Source: the human T2T-CHM13v2.0 reference genome, Homo sapiens
Assembly (NCBI RefSeq): GCF_009914755.1
Contig: NC_060947.1
Direction: 5' to 3' (one strand)
Length of the DNA stretch: 64,000 bases
The position numbers were made by a program, and so were the translations under genes. This document shows, piece by piece, positions 29,850 through 43,332 of the stretch; within the stretch, counting starts at the first letter, position 1, and each line of letters starts with the position of its first letter. The notes beneath the pieces are model-generated. The model had not been told where the DNA came from and did not search any database. It was given only the letters and a program-made list of their open reading frames with translations.

Positions 29850-32800
29850 AAGTCTGACTCCTTACCCACGAAAGCGTGGAAGCATGGTAACATCAGATTT
29901 TGATTCTCAGTAATCTGAGTATATTCTTGAGTCTAGAGTCCCAGGCTTCTTTGTTTGAAAAGCATCATTGGTTTAGAACATGGAAAATTCTTATTGAAAT
30001 CTCATTTGGTTCAACTTCAGATTTTCAGTATTTAGAGAAATCATTTTCTGTACAGATCACGTTTGTAGAGACCTCATTCATGTTTCCTTTTTTTGTTGTT
30101 GCTGTTCCTTCGGTGCCTCTTTCCTCCATGAGACATTCTCACTATTCTGTTTCTCCTCCTCTGAAGACTACTGCTGATTAGATGCTTCACCTCTATGGCA
30201 CAAACTAGGCTTCTCTTCTTGTTAGTTTGATTTTTACTAAAGATGAACTTCAATGGCCTCTTCCGAAAACATAAGCACTCCCTAAGCTGGCTCATCTAAG
30301 ACCTCTCCCTTCCCATCACCACCATTCCTCCTTCTTCCTTTGACTACTTTTGATCTTCCCTTTAGCTCCCTTAAATCCTTCAGCATATTCCTCTTCAAAC
30401 CCGTACCTGCTCCATCTCTTTGTCCATCCATGACAGACCTTTCTCTTCCTACTCCAGTCTCTCAACTCTCTATGGTCTCTAAAGCGTTATGCTCCCTGCC
30501 ACTACTGGGGGCTCTGGAAAACTCAAACCCCAGAAGCAACCACCTGAGGTTGAAAAAGCTAATTGGGGACAGACTGGATACCGTGTACGTTCAGATGGGA
30601 TTTGGAGATACCCAGATGGCCACTAGGTATCTCCTCAGTCATTTACTCAAATTTTAGAACACAGCCTCCATAAATTACATATCAGGGCAAAAGAAAATCT
30701 TAAAAGGCTCCTCCACAAATATTGATGTAAACTTTTAGCCCTCATATTGAGTAGGTGAATTTAACTTGTATTCATAAGCTTTGCTAGTTGGCTATGAAAT
30801 ACTGGTATATGACAAACAGTTCACACTTAGCTAATTCCTAGTTTTCTCTATAAAATAAGACTTACTAATGGTTAAAAATATAATCAATATATGTAAATAA
30901 AACTTCCAGAAACATTAGGGGTAAAGGGAAACAACTTTGTATGCAAAATATACAAGGTATGTTGGATGTGTTTTTGTTAAGGAAAAAGAGAATAACTTTG
31001 TCCTAAATTAAAATGACTGTGAAAATGAGGAAGAGGAAGGTATAGGACAAAATCTGAATGAACATTGGAAATGGCAGAAGATTTGTGGAAGGAGAGTCTT
31101 ATGTTAATAGCCAATGCTGGCTAAAACGGAATGGATTTATGTGTATGTAAACTCTTACAAATGACCCTTAGTATCAACAGTGTATTGATCAAAAATGAGT
31201 TGTAGTTTCTTTTTGTTAAAAAATGATAAAATATTCTTGGATTATTGGTCTGCTCTTTTGAAATAAAATTGAATATACTTAAGTATGCAACATATTTTGA
31301 TATATATATATATATATATACGCACACACAAAATTGCAAAACAATTATTTCGGTCAAACTAATTAACATTTTCATCTTTTCTATTGGTCTTCTCTTAATA
31401 AGAGATTGCAAAATTTGTTTTTTTTTTTTATATTTTGGGTAATCTGTATAGGAAACAAATATTGTTTCTTATCAGAATAAGTACCTGTGTTGATTTTGTA
31501 TGTCCTTGAATTTTTTTAGAAAGTAGTGTTTTCTCTTTGGAAAGAACTAAAAACTTTTACCGTCATGTGGCCTTCTACATTTATTTTTGAAATCTTTTAT
31601 TGTCATCTTGGTTACATAGGTAGCCATGCATTCTTTCATAGTGAGCAATGATCCTATTCAGCCAAGTATTCAAACCTTTTGTCATTTTACAACCTTTGAT
31701 ATTTTGCTTTTCCCAGGTCAATTCTTAAATAAAATTTTTTTTAATCTCAGATTGGTTTGAAAAATTTCAAAGGATTTGTTCCTGCACCCTTGTAAAATGA
31801 AGGATGTTAAAAATAACTAGGTTCATTTGGTATGTTGAGTTGCATAAAAAGCTTTGACAAGAAGAGATGCTGAACCTTGACTAGGTTATAGTTGTATGGG
31901 TCAACTATTATTAGTATAAATACTTGAAAAATTATAATAAATCCTTAGAACTTTGTTAGTGCTCTAGGTGCTCTAGGTGTCCATGACACATCCTGGTGCT
32001 ACTTTATCCGATAATAATATTATGTCATCAGTCCTAACTCCAGTTGTTATTTTAAAATGTGGCATGGCACCAGGGAAAAAAAAAATTTCTTGTCGAATGA
32101 ATCAGATCTTTAATTATGGCCATTTTAAGTCTTTTGTCGTTCACAGATAGTTTTTGGTTTATGCTGATGCTTCCCTGAGTGCTCTTACAATCAGTTAGAG
32201 GTCAGAATGCATCATCTTCAGTAAAACAGGACCATCTTTGAGACCCATAGGAAGTACTACGACAGGTACTCTGGGACACAGACTTCTGATGCCATTGCTT
32301 AAATAACTTCGAGATTATACCATTGGACAAAGTCAGGATTTATGAAACTCTGTGAAGAAGCTGATGAGTTCATGAAACTACTAACTCAAGATCAAGCAAG
32401 ACAAGAATTAACTACATGGGCCTGAATGAACTGATAAAAGATTTGATTATGGCTTTTGTTTAAAATATTCCTCATGTTTTAATGTTCTGTTTGCTAAATA
32501 CAAGAAACGCCTTTCCTTTTTCTCTTAAGTTATCTATAACTCATGAGAATTTAGAGTATGCTTTTGTAAACAGAATGAAACATTAATCTTTTTATCCCTG
32601 CCTGATCCCTGTAAAATTCAGAAATTCTTACCGAGTATTCTTATTTTCATGGCAATATAATTATTTGCATAGGCTCAATAAATATATTTAGGTAACAAGA
32701 CATAATTGAAAAAAATATATAACCAAGGCTTTGACTGGAATGTCATATTTGAGAATTAAGTGCATAGAGTCAGATGTGACCAGTTTTAAGGAGCTACTCT

Positions 32801-34351
32801 TGACTATATGGAGCTAATATAAGCCCCTTTTGGGAAAACTGTCCCGGTACCTGGCTTACAGAATTCCCAATCTTACAACTGAGTAAGGAAGGTCTATTCT
32901 TAGGAGACCCAGGAAACCAAGGGTATTTTAGGAACCTGGAAAACAGAACACTTCAGCTGAATCTATAGGTATTTTACTTCAGGTAAAATCTGATGTCAAG
33001 TTCTTGACTTGCCTTCCTAAACTTTGGAGACTTTTAAAAAAATCAAATCTGAGGTTTCATATTTTTTAAACTACTTTATTGAGGTATGATTGACAAACAG
33101 AAAGCTGTACATATTTAATGCATAGAACTTGATGAGATTGGAGATAAAGTATATATACAAAACCAATACCACAATCTATGCCATAAACCTATGCGTTACC
33201 TCCAAAAGTTTCCTCTCACCTTATGTACCACTGCTCCTAAAAGTGAGAGTAGTAGTATTTTGTGGTAAGAACACTTAAACTCTGCCCTCAGCAAATTTCT
33301 AATTGTACAGTACAGTATCGTTAACTATAGGCACTATGCTGTACAGTATATCTCTGAAACTTATTCAGCTTGTGATTCTTCATGAAAACTTCCAGCTAAT
33401 CACACTTAAAATAGCCTATTTGGTAAATTACCATTTTTGCTACCCCTATATAAATAAATAGGCCAGTCTTATTTTATAAACAAGGAAAGTCTTACTTTGA
33501 TTAACACTGATCAAAAGGGTGATGGTAGAGATAGAGTTTCAGTAACCCTTGGGGTTATCAGATTCTAGTCCTGTTCATTGTCTTTGATCTATTTTGCATT
33601 TCTTTGTAAACGACATGATTTTTTTTTTTTTTTTTTTTTACCTACCTGTAAATTGATCTGGATCCTGCTGTCTTACACATTTTGTCCGTCCTTACCAATT
33701 TTCAGTTTATTTCCTTTACAATCTGGCTGCGATTCTCCAAATTAACATTTCAAATTTTTCTCCCACCATCCTGACTTGGTGACACTGAGAACTAAAACGT
33801 GACTGCCCATATTATTACTGAGATAAGGACTCTCTTCTCTAGGTTGTCTTATAGCTGCCATTTCCCCACAATATCTGAAGAAGCCCTGCAAGCAGAAGCT
33901 GGATGACTTGCTATAAACTACAAAGGACTCACCACCACAGCAAATTATGTATAGACAACTTTCATGCCTGGAGCTGCTGCTTTGTAGGCCATGCAAAAAG
34001 TTCAGTAAACTCCAACCTCTTCCGTGCCATGCTCCAAGAAATCCATCGGATTGCTACTGCCATCCTCACTCTACCATCTGAGAATGCCTACAGCCCAGCT
34101 TCTAGGAATCTTTTTGACTTGCTGCCCTCTGGACTCAAAAACTGAGTTTGCAGTCTGCTTCAACCATTAATCTTCGTCTTCCTTCTAACTTTCATGGAAA
34201 TCTCCTTCATGAAATGTCTGATTACTACCAAGTGTCAGAGTTCGTTCAGCTAGTCCTTCAACAACAGAAACCTGCTGAAATGAACTAGATGAACTGGCGT
34301 TCCTAAGTTTTTCAATGGGAAAACTGGTTTCCCTTGAACAAAATGGAGGGT
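29850..34351 (+). mobile_element. Decayed ERV1 (MER4/MER34-group) internal region; no 5' LTR seen
   Basis: MER4-group-like internal motifs ending in a polypurine tract (AAAATGGAGGG) directly before an LTR. Left boundary approximate. Confidence 0.6.
33061..33372 (-). mobile_element. L1MA/MB 3' fragment nested in the ERV internal region
   Basis: tttattgaggtatgattgac...gttaactataggcactatgctgtacag. Confidence 0.7.
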
Positions 34352-34852
34352 TGACAAAGAAAGCTTTAAAAATACCCTGAGTTTGACTACATTTGAGACA
34401 GATTTCTTCCTGACTTTAGACCTGACCTTCCTTTTCTTAGAGCATTTACTCTAGAAAACTTTATATATTATTTCTCTACTTTTTTGAGACAAAAATATTC
34501 TCCTAGCCTCTTGCCACTTTTATACCTCAGGAATAAACTTTCTCAAGGACTTGGGAGCTAGCACTTTGATATAGAATCATCAAAAAAGATAGTGCCCCAA
34601 TCTGCTAGTCTTCTGTTGGGAGGATAGGAATCTAACTTTGATAAGTGCCAATCAGCAAACACAGATGGCCTAAATAAGCACATTGACTAACCTCCCTCCT
34701 GATATCTAGTACTTTCTCACTAACTCATCTCAGCACTTAGAGGCTCTCCTGCCTTTTATTTCAGCAGAATTGAGTTCAATCTGTCTCCTCTATTGCAAAA
34801 GTTTTGAACACAGTCTTTCTTGTCTGTTGTCTAGTGCTATTTTTCTTTGACA
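34352..34852 (+). mobile_element. ERV1 3' LTR (MER34-like)
   Basis: Terminal inverted repeats TGACAAAGAAA / TTTCTTTGACA, preceded by a polypurine tract. Confidence 0.72.
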
Positions 34853-37800
34853 ACACTCACAGCAGTGTGAACACACACAGTGTTCAGTGACTTTAATGGT
34901 CAGTCACTACAATTGAGTCCTTTGGTAGTTTTTAGTGTGGATTTGACATTATGGGCAATTATGCTCCTTATACTGCAAGGAAGAGCCAGCAGAGCCACAT
35001 GTCATGTTTATTTATAAACCACAGAAGGAAAGTGATTCTTGAGGGGAGGAAAAAACCCCCTCCCTGTGATTAAGATGAAAGTATTTCAGTCACTAAGCCT
35101 TAACATAAAATTATGTGTCCCGCCACACCTCATATTTTAATAAAAAGTTTGGAAAGCAGTAGTCAGTCTTATGTCAGATAAACAGTATACCTCTAGCTCA
35201 TTATTGAAAGCATTCATTAAAGGTTAAAAACATAAGACCCTTTATAGAAATTCTAAACTGGTCCCGGGATCTTAGCATTCAATTATCATTTCTGAAATCT
35301 GAAATCAACATATTTTATGTCTAAATTGAGAGTATATTTGAAAATCAAAATTCAAAGGCATGCCTTCTAGTGGGCTGACTGATGGGAAAGGGCTGTGATT
35401 ACGCCTAATTTTCACCCTCTACATCACGATCTCATTGATTATGTTTCTCAGCTTGCTAAGGGTTCTGTGAGGTGATTTTCAAGATGAATATTGCTATTTG
35501 CAGGATTTCCTGAATAGGAATATTTCGGGAGTAAATTGCACAAACCAAGCAATGTGCAGTCAATTTTCACTCCAGCATAAACAATGTATTAGAACACAGC
35601 CCTTAAAGCTTTTTTTTATCTGGGTTTCACTACACAGCTAGCTGCATTTCATCAATAAGAGTGAAGTACCAAGCAGACAAAACTGAGGCTCACAGAGAGA
35701 GGGTATTACATATTTTTCTAACAGGTGTGCTCAGAGTTTGACTAGAGAAAACAAACTACCCGAATGGCAAGGCCTCAGACCCTTTGTTTCCGAGGCAGCT
35801 ATGGCCACCATGGCCAGACAAGGCAAGTTTCTTTACATTTAGGATTTGGAGCTAGGGGCGTGGCTGTTCGTATATCTACTTTCTTTGCATTAACTCTTTC
35901 TTAAGATTTTAGTAAAGGTGTTTTTTTTTTTTTACCTTGTGTTAAAAAAAAGGGCATGTGCTCAAAACTCCTTAAAAATTTTATTTTTGGTGTTCAGTAG
36001 TTTGAAACTAAGTAAAGCAAAGTCTAGTGTCCCATCTTTCTTTAATGGAAAAATAGTTTAATTCCTTTAAGCAGAGGAATACAGCAGGCTGTAAGGACTA
36101 ATATCCTATATCTTAAATCAGAAAAACTGTGCAATCTTAATAAATCATTTATTAGTGACAAGGAATGGAAGCTAGACAAAGAGGGATAAAAAACAAGGTA
36201 AATTATTATTCACACAGGTCACCATTTCCTAATTATAAGCTGGGGGTTTGAGAATTTTTGGGAGAAACTCTCAAGTCATCAAATCTATGATTTTATGTTT
36301 CCCCTCCCCCCACCTTGAACACAGCCACAAGCAGAAGAAAAAGGCTAAAAGAGTATTTTTGAAGTCTGCACTCCAGAGATAAGAAACTCGGAATGTGCTC
36401 AGAGGACTGAAGCCAAGGAGTTTTCTGCCAGGAAAAAAGCAGCTCCCTCTCCCCTCAGTGATTTAAAACAAGCTGCAGGAGGCAAATATCATGACTCTCA
36501 GAAACTACACACAGCAGTGAGTGGTGACTTGTAGCTTTGATAAAGAAAAGTGATTAACACAGCCGAGTATGGCTTTCACTTCAAACTGCAGGGACCCATT
36601 TGGCAGAGCCCTATGGGCCATAGACAATCGAAGACACAATGCAGGTTTTCATTATTTGAAAACCATTCCGGGGGGCACAGACTGGGACAAAAGTCATTTT
36701 GATTGAGTAAACAGGATCTATTTGTACCAAGGGATTCAAAAAAAAATCTTTTCTTAAATGTGTTCCAGGAAGAGAGATAGCTAGCATTGAGTATTTTTTA
36801 AACTATTATAATAAAGAGGCACATTTTAACCAAAGATTGCATTTAAAAGAGTAGAATGTGCTTTTACCGTGAGCTACAAAAAGCTATTTCTGGTTGGGAG
36901 GAAAGACTTTATGACCTTTCCTCTTCGCAATATTACGCCAGTTACTTTTTAAGAATATACTGGATATAAGATAATTGAGAATTTGGCTAAGGTTATTGTG
37001 TATTGGGCCAAGTAACTGTACTTTCTTGTTGGGGTTGTTTATTGAGCAGTGAAAAATCAGTATTCATGAGATGCAATTGTACTGGTGAATAGGAGCTAGT
37101 CAAACACCTCTGAGTACAATATGTACTAGCTAAGTGGAGAAATGGTCAGGATCCTAGAACTGATGGCTTCCCTGAGACGATGATGTGTTTTGTACGCACC
37201 CAGTCTTGCCCCTTGTGATCATGTATGACTAAAATTCAGGGTGATGGGACATCAGAAGCCACGTCTTGGTATCAAGACTTCCACTGTGCCTTTAATGTGC
37301 AGGCTGTTGTTACCCATCCTGTATAATTTCTTAAAGCTAACTAAATTTGTTACTGGGTAAAGCCTATTATGTCTCGTAAATTTAATCATCAGACTGAACC
37401 CAAGACTGTGCCACTGGCTGAGCAGGCTGAGTTTTGTGCTAGTGAAATGATGTCTACTTGTGACTTCCACAGTGCCATCTGCTCTTGAGGAGTAGCTATC
37501 AGAATGGTAGACATAAGTGTCAGGAGGAAGTAAGGTAAACATAGTCGAGAACATTTTGCTAATCTAACTCATTTTAGTTGTAGCAAACTTCCCTCTATCT
37601 CCTTGTTACTCATGCCCATCTTCCCGAAACTTTTACTTCCTCTTCACTAGAATATTCTCAAACTTCCTTTTCCCTTTGCTCTCAGTTCCAGCAAAACAAC
37701 AGCTAAATGGAGATTAAAATGTTAGGTTTTTACAATACTGGACAGTAAATAAATTTAACAATTAAAGTCAATTAAATAAAAGAAAAAACTACTCAAAAAT

Positions 37801-38856
37801 GTTACTTATCCTTTTTACTCTGAAGTTGCCCAACAATACATTCATTAATAGATTGTAATTTCAACGATTCGGTTTATTTGATTGGCTACTTAAAGATTTT
37901 GGCAAATAAGGAGACGCAAAACGGGGCAGCATATTGAAAGAATCTTTGGAATAGATTCCTTGAAAGGGAGAAAAGAAGATCAATCAGCATTTACAAGGAC
38001 ACTAGAAGAAGGAGATAGTGGTGTTCAATTGGCAGGATTGTCTGAAGCCTTACGCTTACCTGCAGTATCTCATTCGTATTCTGGGTGTCTTGGTACTGTC
38101 TTTATTCATTGACTTAAAAACACTCACAAGTAAGCATCATTTACTGGATCCTAGGCTGAGTGTGTATGATATGAGTGGAGAAGCAGAGATAAATAAGAGA
38201 ATGCCCTCTGCACTCAAAGAACAGTGCAGATGTGTAATGAAATACTCAGGTGTATAAAATTTAAGTGTAAATCAACATATGAACAATGGGAGATGAATAA
38301 AGAGGTTTATAAGAAATCCTAACAGGGATTCTAACTCTACTTGGGGTACGGAAGAAAACTTGGAAGACGCAATGACTTTGAATTCATTCTTAAAGAATGG
38401 AAGAAAATTCATTATATCAAAAAAAACTGAAAGAAGTCATTTAAAGAAGAGAGAAAACCAAGATCACAGGTATGACATGAAATTACATGGATGGAAAGGT
38501 ACCAGGTAATTTGATGTGGCCAGACTATACGGGGAGATTGCTGGCAGAATGAGAAGATAGAAAGGTAAAGTGTAGTCAGTCTGAGAGGGCTTTACAATGT
38601 CTACAAAAGAGCCCAGACATTATATTTTAGGAACCTAATCTCATAAACAACTTCAATTTTGGATAAGGAATCTATGAATATGTATTAAGCACAATTAAAA
38701 CAGGGATAGAAAATGAATCACAGTAACAAATATGATGCAGGCATTCTAGTAACATAAGTTTAATGAAGACCTTATTTCTAGTAAATGCTGAGGAAAAAGC
38801 AACATATTCTAGTAAAATAATAATTATTATTATCATTATGACAACAATGATGATGA

Positions 38857-39323
38857 TGACAAAGATTCCCTGCTTGACTAAACTTTAGTCAGGCTTCTGA
38901 ACCTTCGCCTGGGCTCATCTTTGCACTCCCCTGTAAAATCCAGGTTCAGCAAAGAAGCCTGTCAGTTTTACAAGAACCCTTTATCCTTGGTACCTGATCA
39001 CCCTCAGTATTCTCCACCATTCCCCAAGGGTTGTCTGATAAGATAACCCTGGCCTATCTTCAGCAAGAATCCTGTGAGGTTGGTTTAGCCAGAATCCCAC
39101 TTACCCCTGATGTTTCCTCTTAATAATTTTCCATCTACTGACTCCTACACTGCTCCTTGGCTATAAATTCCTACTTCCACTGTGCTGTATTTAGAGTTGA
39201 GCCCAATCTCTCTCTATCCAACCTCCTGTAATACTCCATTGCAGTGGTCCCTGTGCCTATTGTGGTTATCCTGAATAAAGTCTTCCTTACCACACTTTAA
39301 CAAGTAATATTTTGTCTTTAATA
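38857..39323 (+). mobile_element. ERV1 solo LTR (MER31A-like), 81 bp from the exon 48 donor
   Basis: Starts TGACAAAGATTCCCTGCTTGACTAAACTTTAGTCAGG; 4-bp TSD ATGA (38853-38856 / 39324-39327); TATAAA at 39162; AATAAA at 39274. Confidence 0.8.
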
Positions 39324-39404
39324 ATGATACCAAATGAGAAAATTCAGTGATATTGCCATTTTTCTTAAAAAAGACAAAAATATTTAAAGCAAAAAGTTCC
39401 CTAC

Positions 39405-39590
39405 CTTAACGTCAAATGGTCCTTCTTGGTTTGGTTGGTTATAAATTTCCAACTGATTCCTAATAGGAGATAACCACAGCAGCAGATGATTTAACTGCTC
39501 TTCAAGGTCTTCAAGCTTTTTTTCAAGCTGCCCAAGGTCTTTTATTTGAGCTTCAATTTCTCCTTGTTTCTCAGGTAAAGCTCTGGAAAC
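39405..39590 (-). CDS. DMD: Dystrophin exon 48 (186 nt, phase 0/0; VSRALPEKQGEIEAQIKDLGQLEKKLEDLEEQLNHLLLWLSPIRNQLEIYNQPNQEGPFDVK)
   Basis: Translated by hand on the minus strand; it is absent from the ORF track. Acceptor TTTTCCTTTCAG|GTTTCC and donor GTTAAG|GTAGGG. It joins exon 49 in frame. Confidence 0.98.
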
Positions 39591-40785
39591 CTGAAAGGAA
39601 AATACATTTTAAAAAGGTAAATAATTCTCAAGGCATAAGCCAAAATGTTTAAAAATATATTTTCAAAAGTTATTTATCATGAAATATTACAGAATCTTAC
39701 TGATTTGTGTTATTTTAGCAGCATAATATTGATTATTTACATATATTACATGTTGGGATTTAACCAATGTATTCAAAATTATTCATTAACCTGCTACAAA
39801 AATTCTTTGCTTTAAAGAAACTAATACCTTTTTGGAATTTCAAAACACACACCTTACACAAAGGCATAGCCAACTGCAACTGATAAAGTAAAGAAATACA
39901 TCTTTCATTTATTCACTCAGTTACTAAATATACTGGTGTGTTGTGTATTATATGCCATACGCGCTTCCTTTGCAGTTATAAAAATGAATAAGCCAAGTTA
40001 TTCAGCATTAGCACCAGATATATAACACAGGTCTTCTAAATCCCAAATGAGTGATTTTTATTCAATGCGCATCCTAAAATTAAAACCAAACCAACTATAA
40101 TTTTGTTTGTATAGCAATCATTTCTTCTACTATACTTGCTTCTAGCTTTCTTTTATGTCATGGAAGATTGTAAAAGGAAGTCCCTTCATGTACAAGGAAA
40201 ATTGGTAAGTTATGCGTTTTTGTGAGCTATAGTTTGTGAGTCCTAGTAAACAGAAGCAGGTGGTTGAGATGAGAAGTAAAAAGAACATTTGGATTAGAGT
40301 AGACTGTAACAGAATGATTATAGGTTATTTTTATTAAGAGATCAGTATATGCCAACCATCATCCTTGGAAGTTTCACATTTGTAGACTTCCTTAATCCAT
40401 CCAACAATGCTACGACATAGATATTATTATGATCCCACTATCACACATGGGTGATGACGTTGGGGTTGAAAAAAACATTAAATAGGTTAGGAAGCAGCAT
40501 GACATGGTATTAAGCATTGTGAGGTCTAGAGTTAGGCCACTTGGATTTCAATTCTGGTTCTAGTTCTTGCCTAACATTTTAGCCAAGTTTTCTCTAACTC
40601 TCAATGCCTCCTCTGTAGATTGGGGACAATGATAGCACCTGCTTCATAGGATTACTGTTAGGACTCAGTAACGTCATCCCTGAACATACCTTAGAGCAAT
40701 ACTCTGCATGATAATGAATGACAATAAAGTTATTAAGTAGCAGTGATTATTGCTCAAGCTTACATGTAAATAAAGAGCCAGGATA

Positions 40786-40955
40786 GGCTGAGCACTGTAG
40801 CTCTTGCCTGTAATCCCAGCACTTTGGGAGGCTGAGGCAGGAGGATTGCTTGAGCCCAGGAGTTCGAGGCCAGCCTGGACAACATAGCAACACTCCCATC
40901 TCTACAAAAAAAAAACAAAAAAAACAAAAAACAAAACAAAACAAAACAAAAAAAC
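40786..40955 (+). mobile_element. Free left Alu monomer (FLAM_C-like)
   Basis: Monomer plus A-rich tail; TSD AGAGCCAGGATA / AGAGCCAGAATA. Confidence 0.85.
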
Positions 40956-41883
40956 AGAGCCAGAATAAACAAGAGTAAAGCTATTTTCTTCAGAATATCA
41001 AGAGTTAAAACTGGCATCCCAGAATAAAGAATTTAAACTTGTAATGATAGCTCTTTACGAGACTATTAACAATACCACTGTAATACAAAATATTACACTG
41101 CAATATGAATAAAATTTTATAATATACATCTGTTCCATAATAATATATTATGAATAATAATAGAGAAGATTTTAAAAATAAACTAGATAATATACCAGTG
41201 TGTCACATAAACAATGTCACATGCTTTGGAACAATTGTTTTAGATACTTTTAAAATAAGTCACTAATGAACAGTACATTGTTTAATTGGATGCAAGAGTT
41301 AGGAGATGAAAAAGAGAAAGTTGTCGAGAAAAAAATCAATTAATGTACAGAAAAATGAATTTTAAACAAGATTGTATACGTAAACAATATGTACAGTGAA
41401 ACGTCTTGTAAATGCATGTATATATGTTGTGAAAAATTCATGAGACTGTATAAGCAAAGGATTAACATCCAGCCTGGGCTGTTGCAGGTCAGTCTGGGAC
41501 TGACCCTAGGCTCCCACAGCACTGTTTCCTTGGAAACACTAACTTTAAGATGAATGGGAAATGTTGGGCCTGGCTTTGTCGTGTGGAACTGCACCTCATC
41601 GCGGGAGCTGTCAGTTGGAATACAGTCCTTGGATCCACGTGACTACAATGGTGTAAAAGACTGATGGGAAATACAGGTGGTGGCTCCTGTTGAAGGTGAC
41701 CTGCACACTTCTTGCCTCTCATTCCTGGCAGCCTTTCCCTGTGTGGGTGAGAGTTGGGCAAAAGAAGCATCGTGTTTCAGATAGCACAGAATGTCCATGA
41801 ATCATGAATTGAGATATTGTTCTCTTTGCTTGATTTGTGTTTTGTGAGTTCACATCCATAACTACACCTGTGGTGCTGAACTC

Positions 41884-41884
<1 letters not shown>

Positions 41885-41915
<31 letters not shown>

Positions 41916-41932
41916 ACGCACGCGCGCACACA
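41885..41932. repeat. (TG)15 followed by a CA/CG alternating tract
   Basis: Read directly. Confidence 0.92.
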
Positions 41933-42719
41933 GGTATGTGTGATGTAGGTGATGTTACAAATATACTCCTACGTCTGTAATACATGATCTAATGATGTCC
42001 TCAACTTATTTTTCAAGCATTTTAAAGGAGGTAACTAAACATTTTATTTTTATTGGATCATTTTCTACTCACAAGTAGATGTAAAAAGCGTTTTACAGCT
42101 TCAACTAACAACATCTAAATGCCTCTAGACTCTGAAGCTACTGAGATAATAGCCATCATATTTTCCTAAAATCTCTAAAACTGAGCGATGAACTCCTTTT
42201 TATCTGATCATGAAATTGTTCACGTTTCATTTAGGCTTCATATATAAGCACAGAAATCTGTATAACATTTAACTAAGACTGCTGGTTTCCTTATCATCCT
42301 CCCATACTATCCCTTCCTTGTAATAGAGGTAAAACAATTCCTGACAGAAAACAGTGTAATGGGTCAGATTTGACTAATATCTGGAATAATGAAATGATAG
42401 CTTATCATGAGACAAAATTTTCAGCTTAATTATGATGTTGCTTTAGGTTTATCCTCTCAGATCTTGTCTTTCCCACCATCATAACATTTACCTCATGCTA
42501 TTTAACTTTTTATTTACATTGCTCCTTCTCACTGACCTTTGATTTCTGGGTCAAACAAGCTCTGTTCCTAAATATGATGGACCTTCACCAAAAGTTTGTT
42601 AAAAACAATTTCCAAATTCAGGATTATTATTTTTTCAATGTAAGAAGCAGTATATGTCTATAGTAGTCAACCACAAAAAAATGTAAATTGTATCCTCAAG
42701 TTAAATAACTTTAATTAAC

Positions 42720-43240
42720 AGACAAAAATATCAGTAAACTGGACTATATAAAAGATCAAAAGCTTCTGCATGACCAAAAGAGCCATAGGCAAAATCAAAA
42801 ACAAATGAACAATTATGAAAAATAAATGCTTGTGACTCATGTCTAAGGGACTAATTTTCCTAACACATGAAAGACCTTCTGCAAAGTAATAAGAAAAAGG
42901 CCAACAACCCAAAAGAAAATTGGACAAAAGATAAGGACAGTTCACAGAAAAGAAAATACAAAGGATTTTAAAAGCATGAACAGAAGCTTAGCCTTGGTAA
43001 TAATGAGAGAAATGAAAATTAGAGCTTCATCTATTGCACTGGCAAAAATTCAAGTCTGCAGGTACACTATGCTGCCAAGGCTGTGGGAAAATGCAGACTC
43101 TTCTACGTGGCTGGTGGGAAGTATACATTTGTGTACCTCTTGTGGAAGGCAGTTTGGCCATATCTATAAAAAGCATGTAAACTTTGACCCGGAAATTTTA
43201 TTCCCAGGAATTTATTTTGTAGATTTGTTTCTAGAATTAA
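42720..43240 (+). mobile_element. Ancient L1M ORF2-end fragment
   Basis: aaaagcttctgcatgacc; gagaaatgaaaatt; tttgacccggaaattttattcccaggaattta. Confidence 0.65.
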
Positions 43241-43332
43241 GGTTAATGTGCAGTGAGGGTAGAGCAGATGATGGGTAGGGTGAGATATTTTTTACTGTAC
43301 CTTTTATATTTTGAACAATGTAAATGCATTAC

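Noticed and set aside
35806-35844. Perfect Kozak GCCACCATGG on the plus strand
   Set aside because: It opens only a 10-codon ORF (MARQGKFLYI) and has no transcript support; expected by chance.
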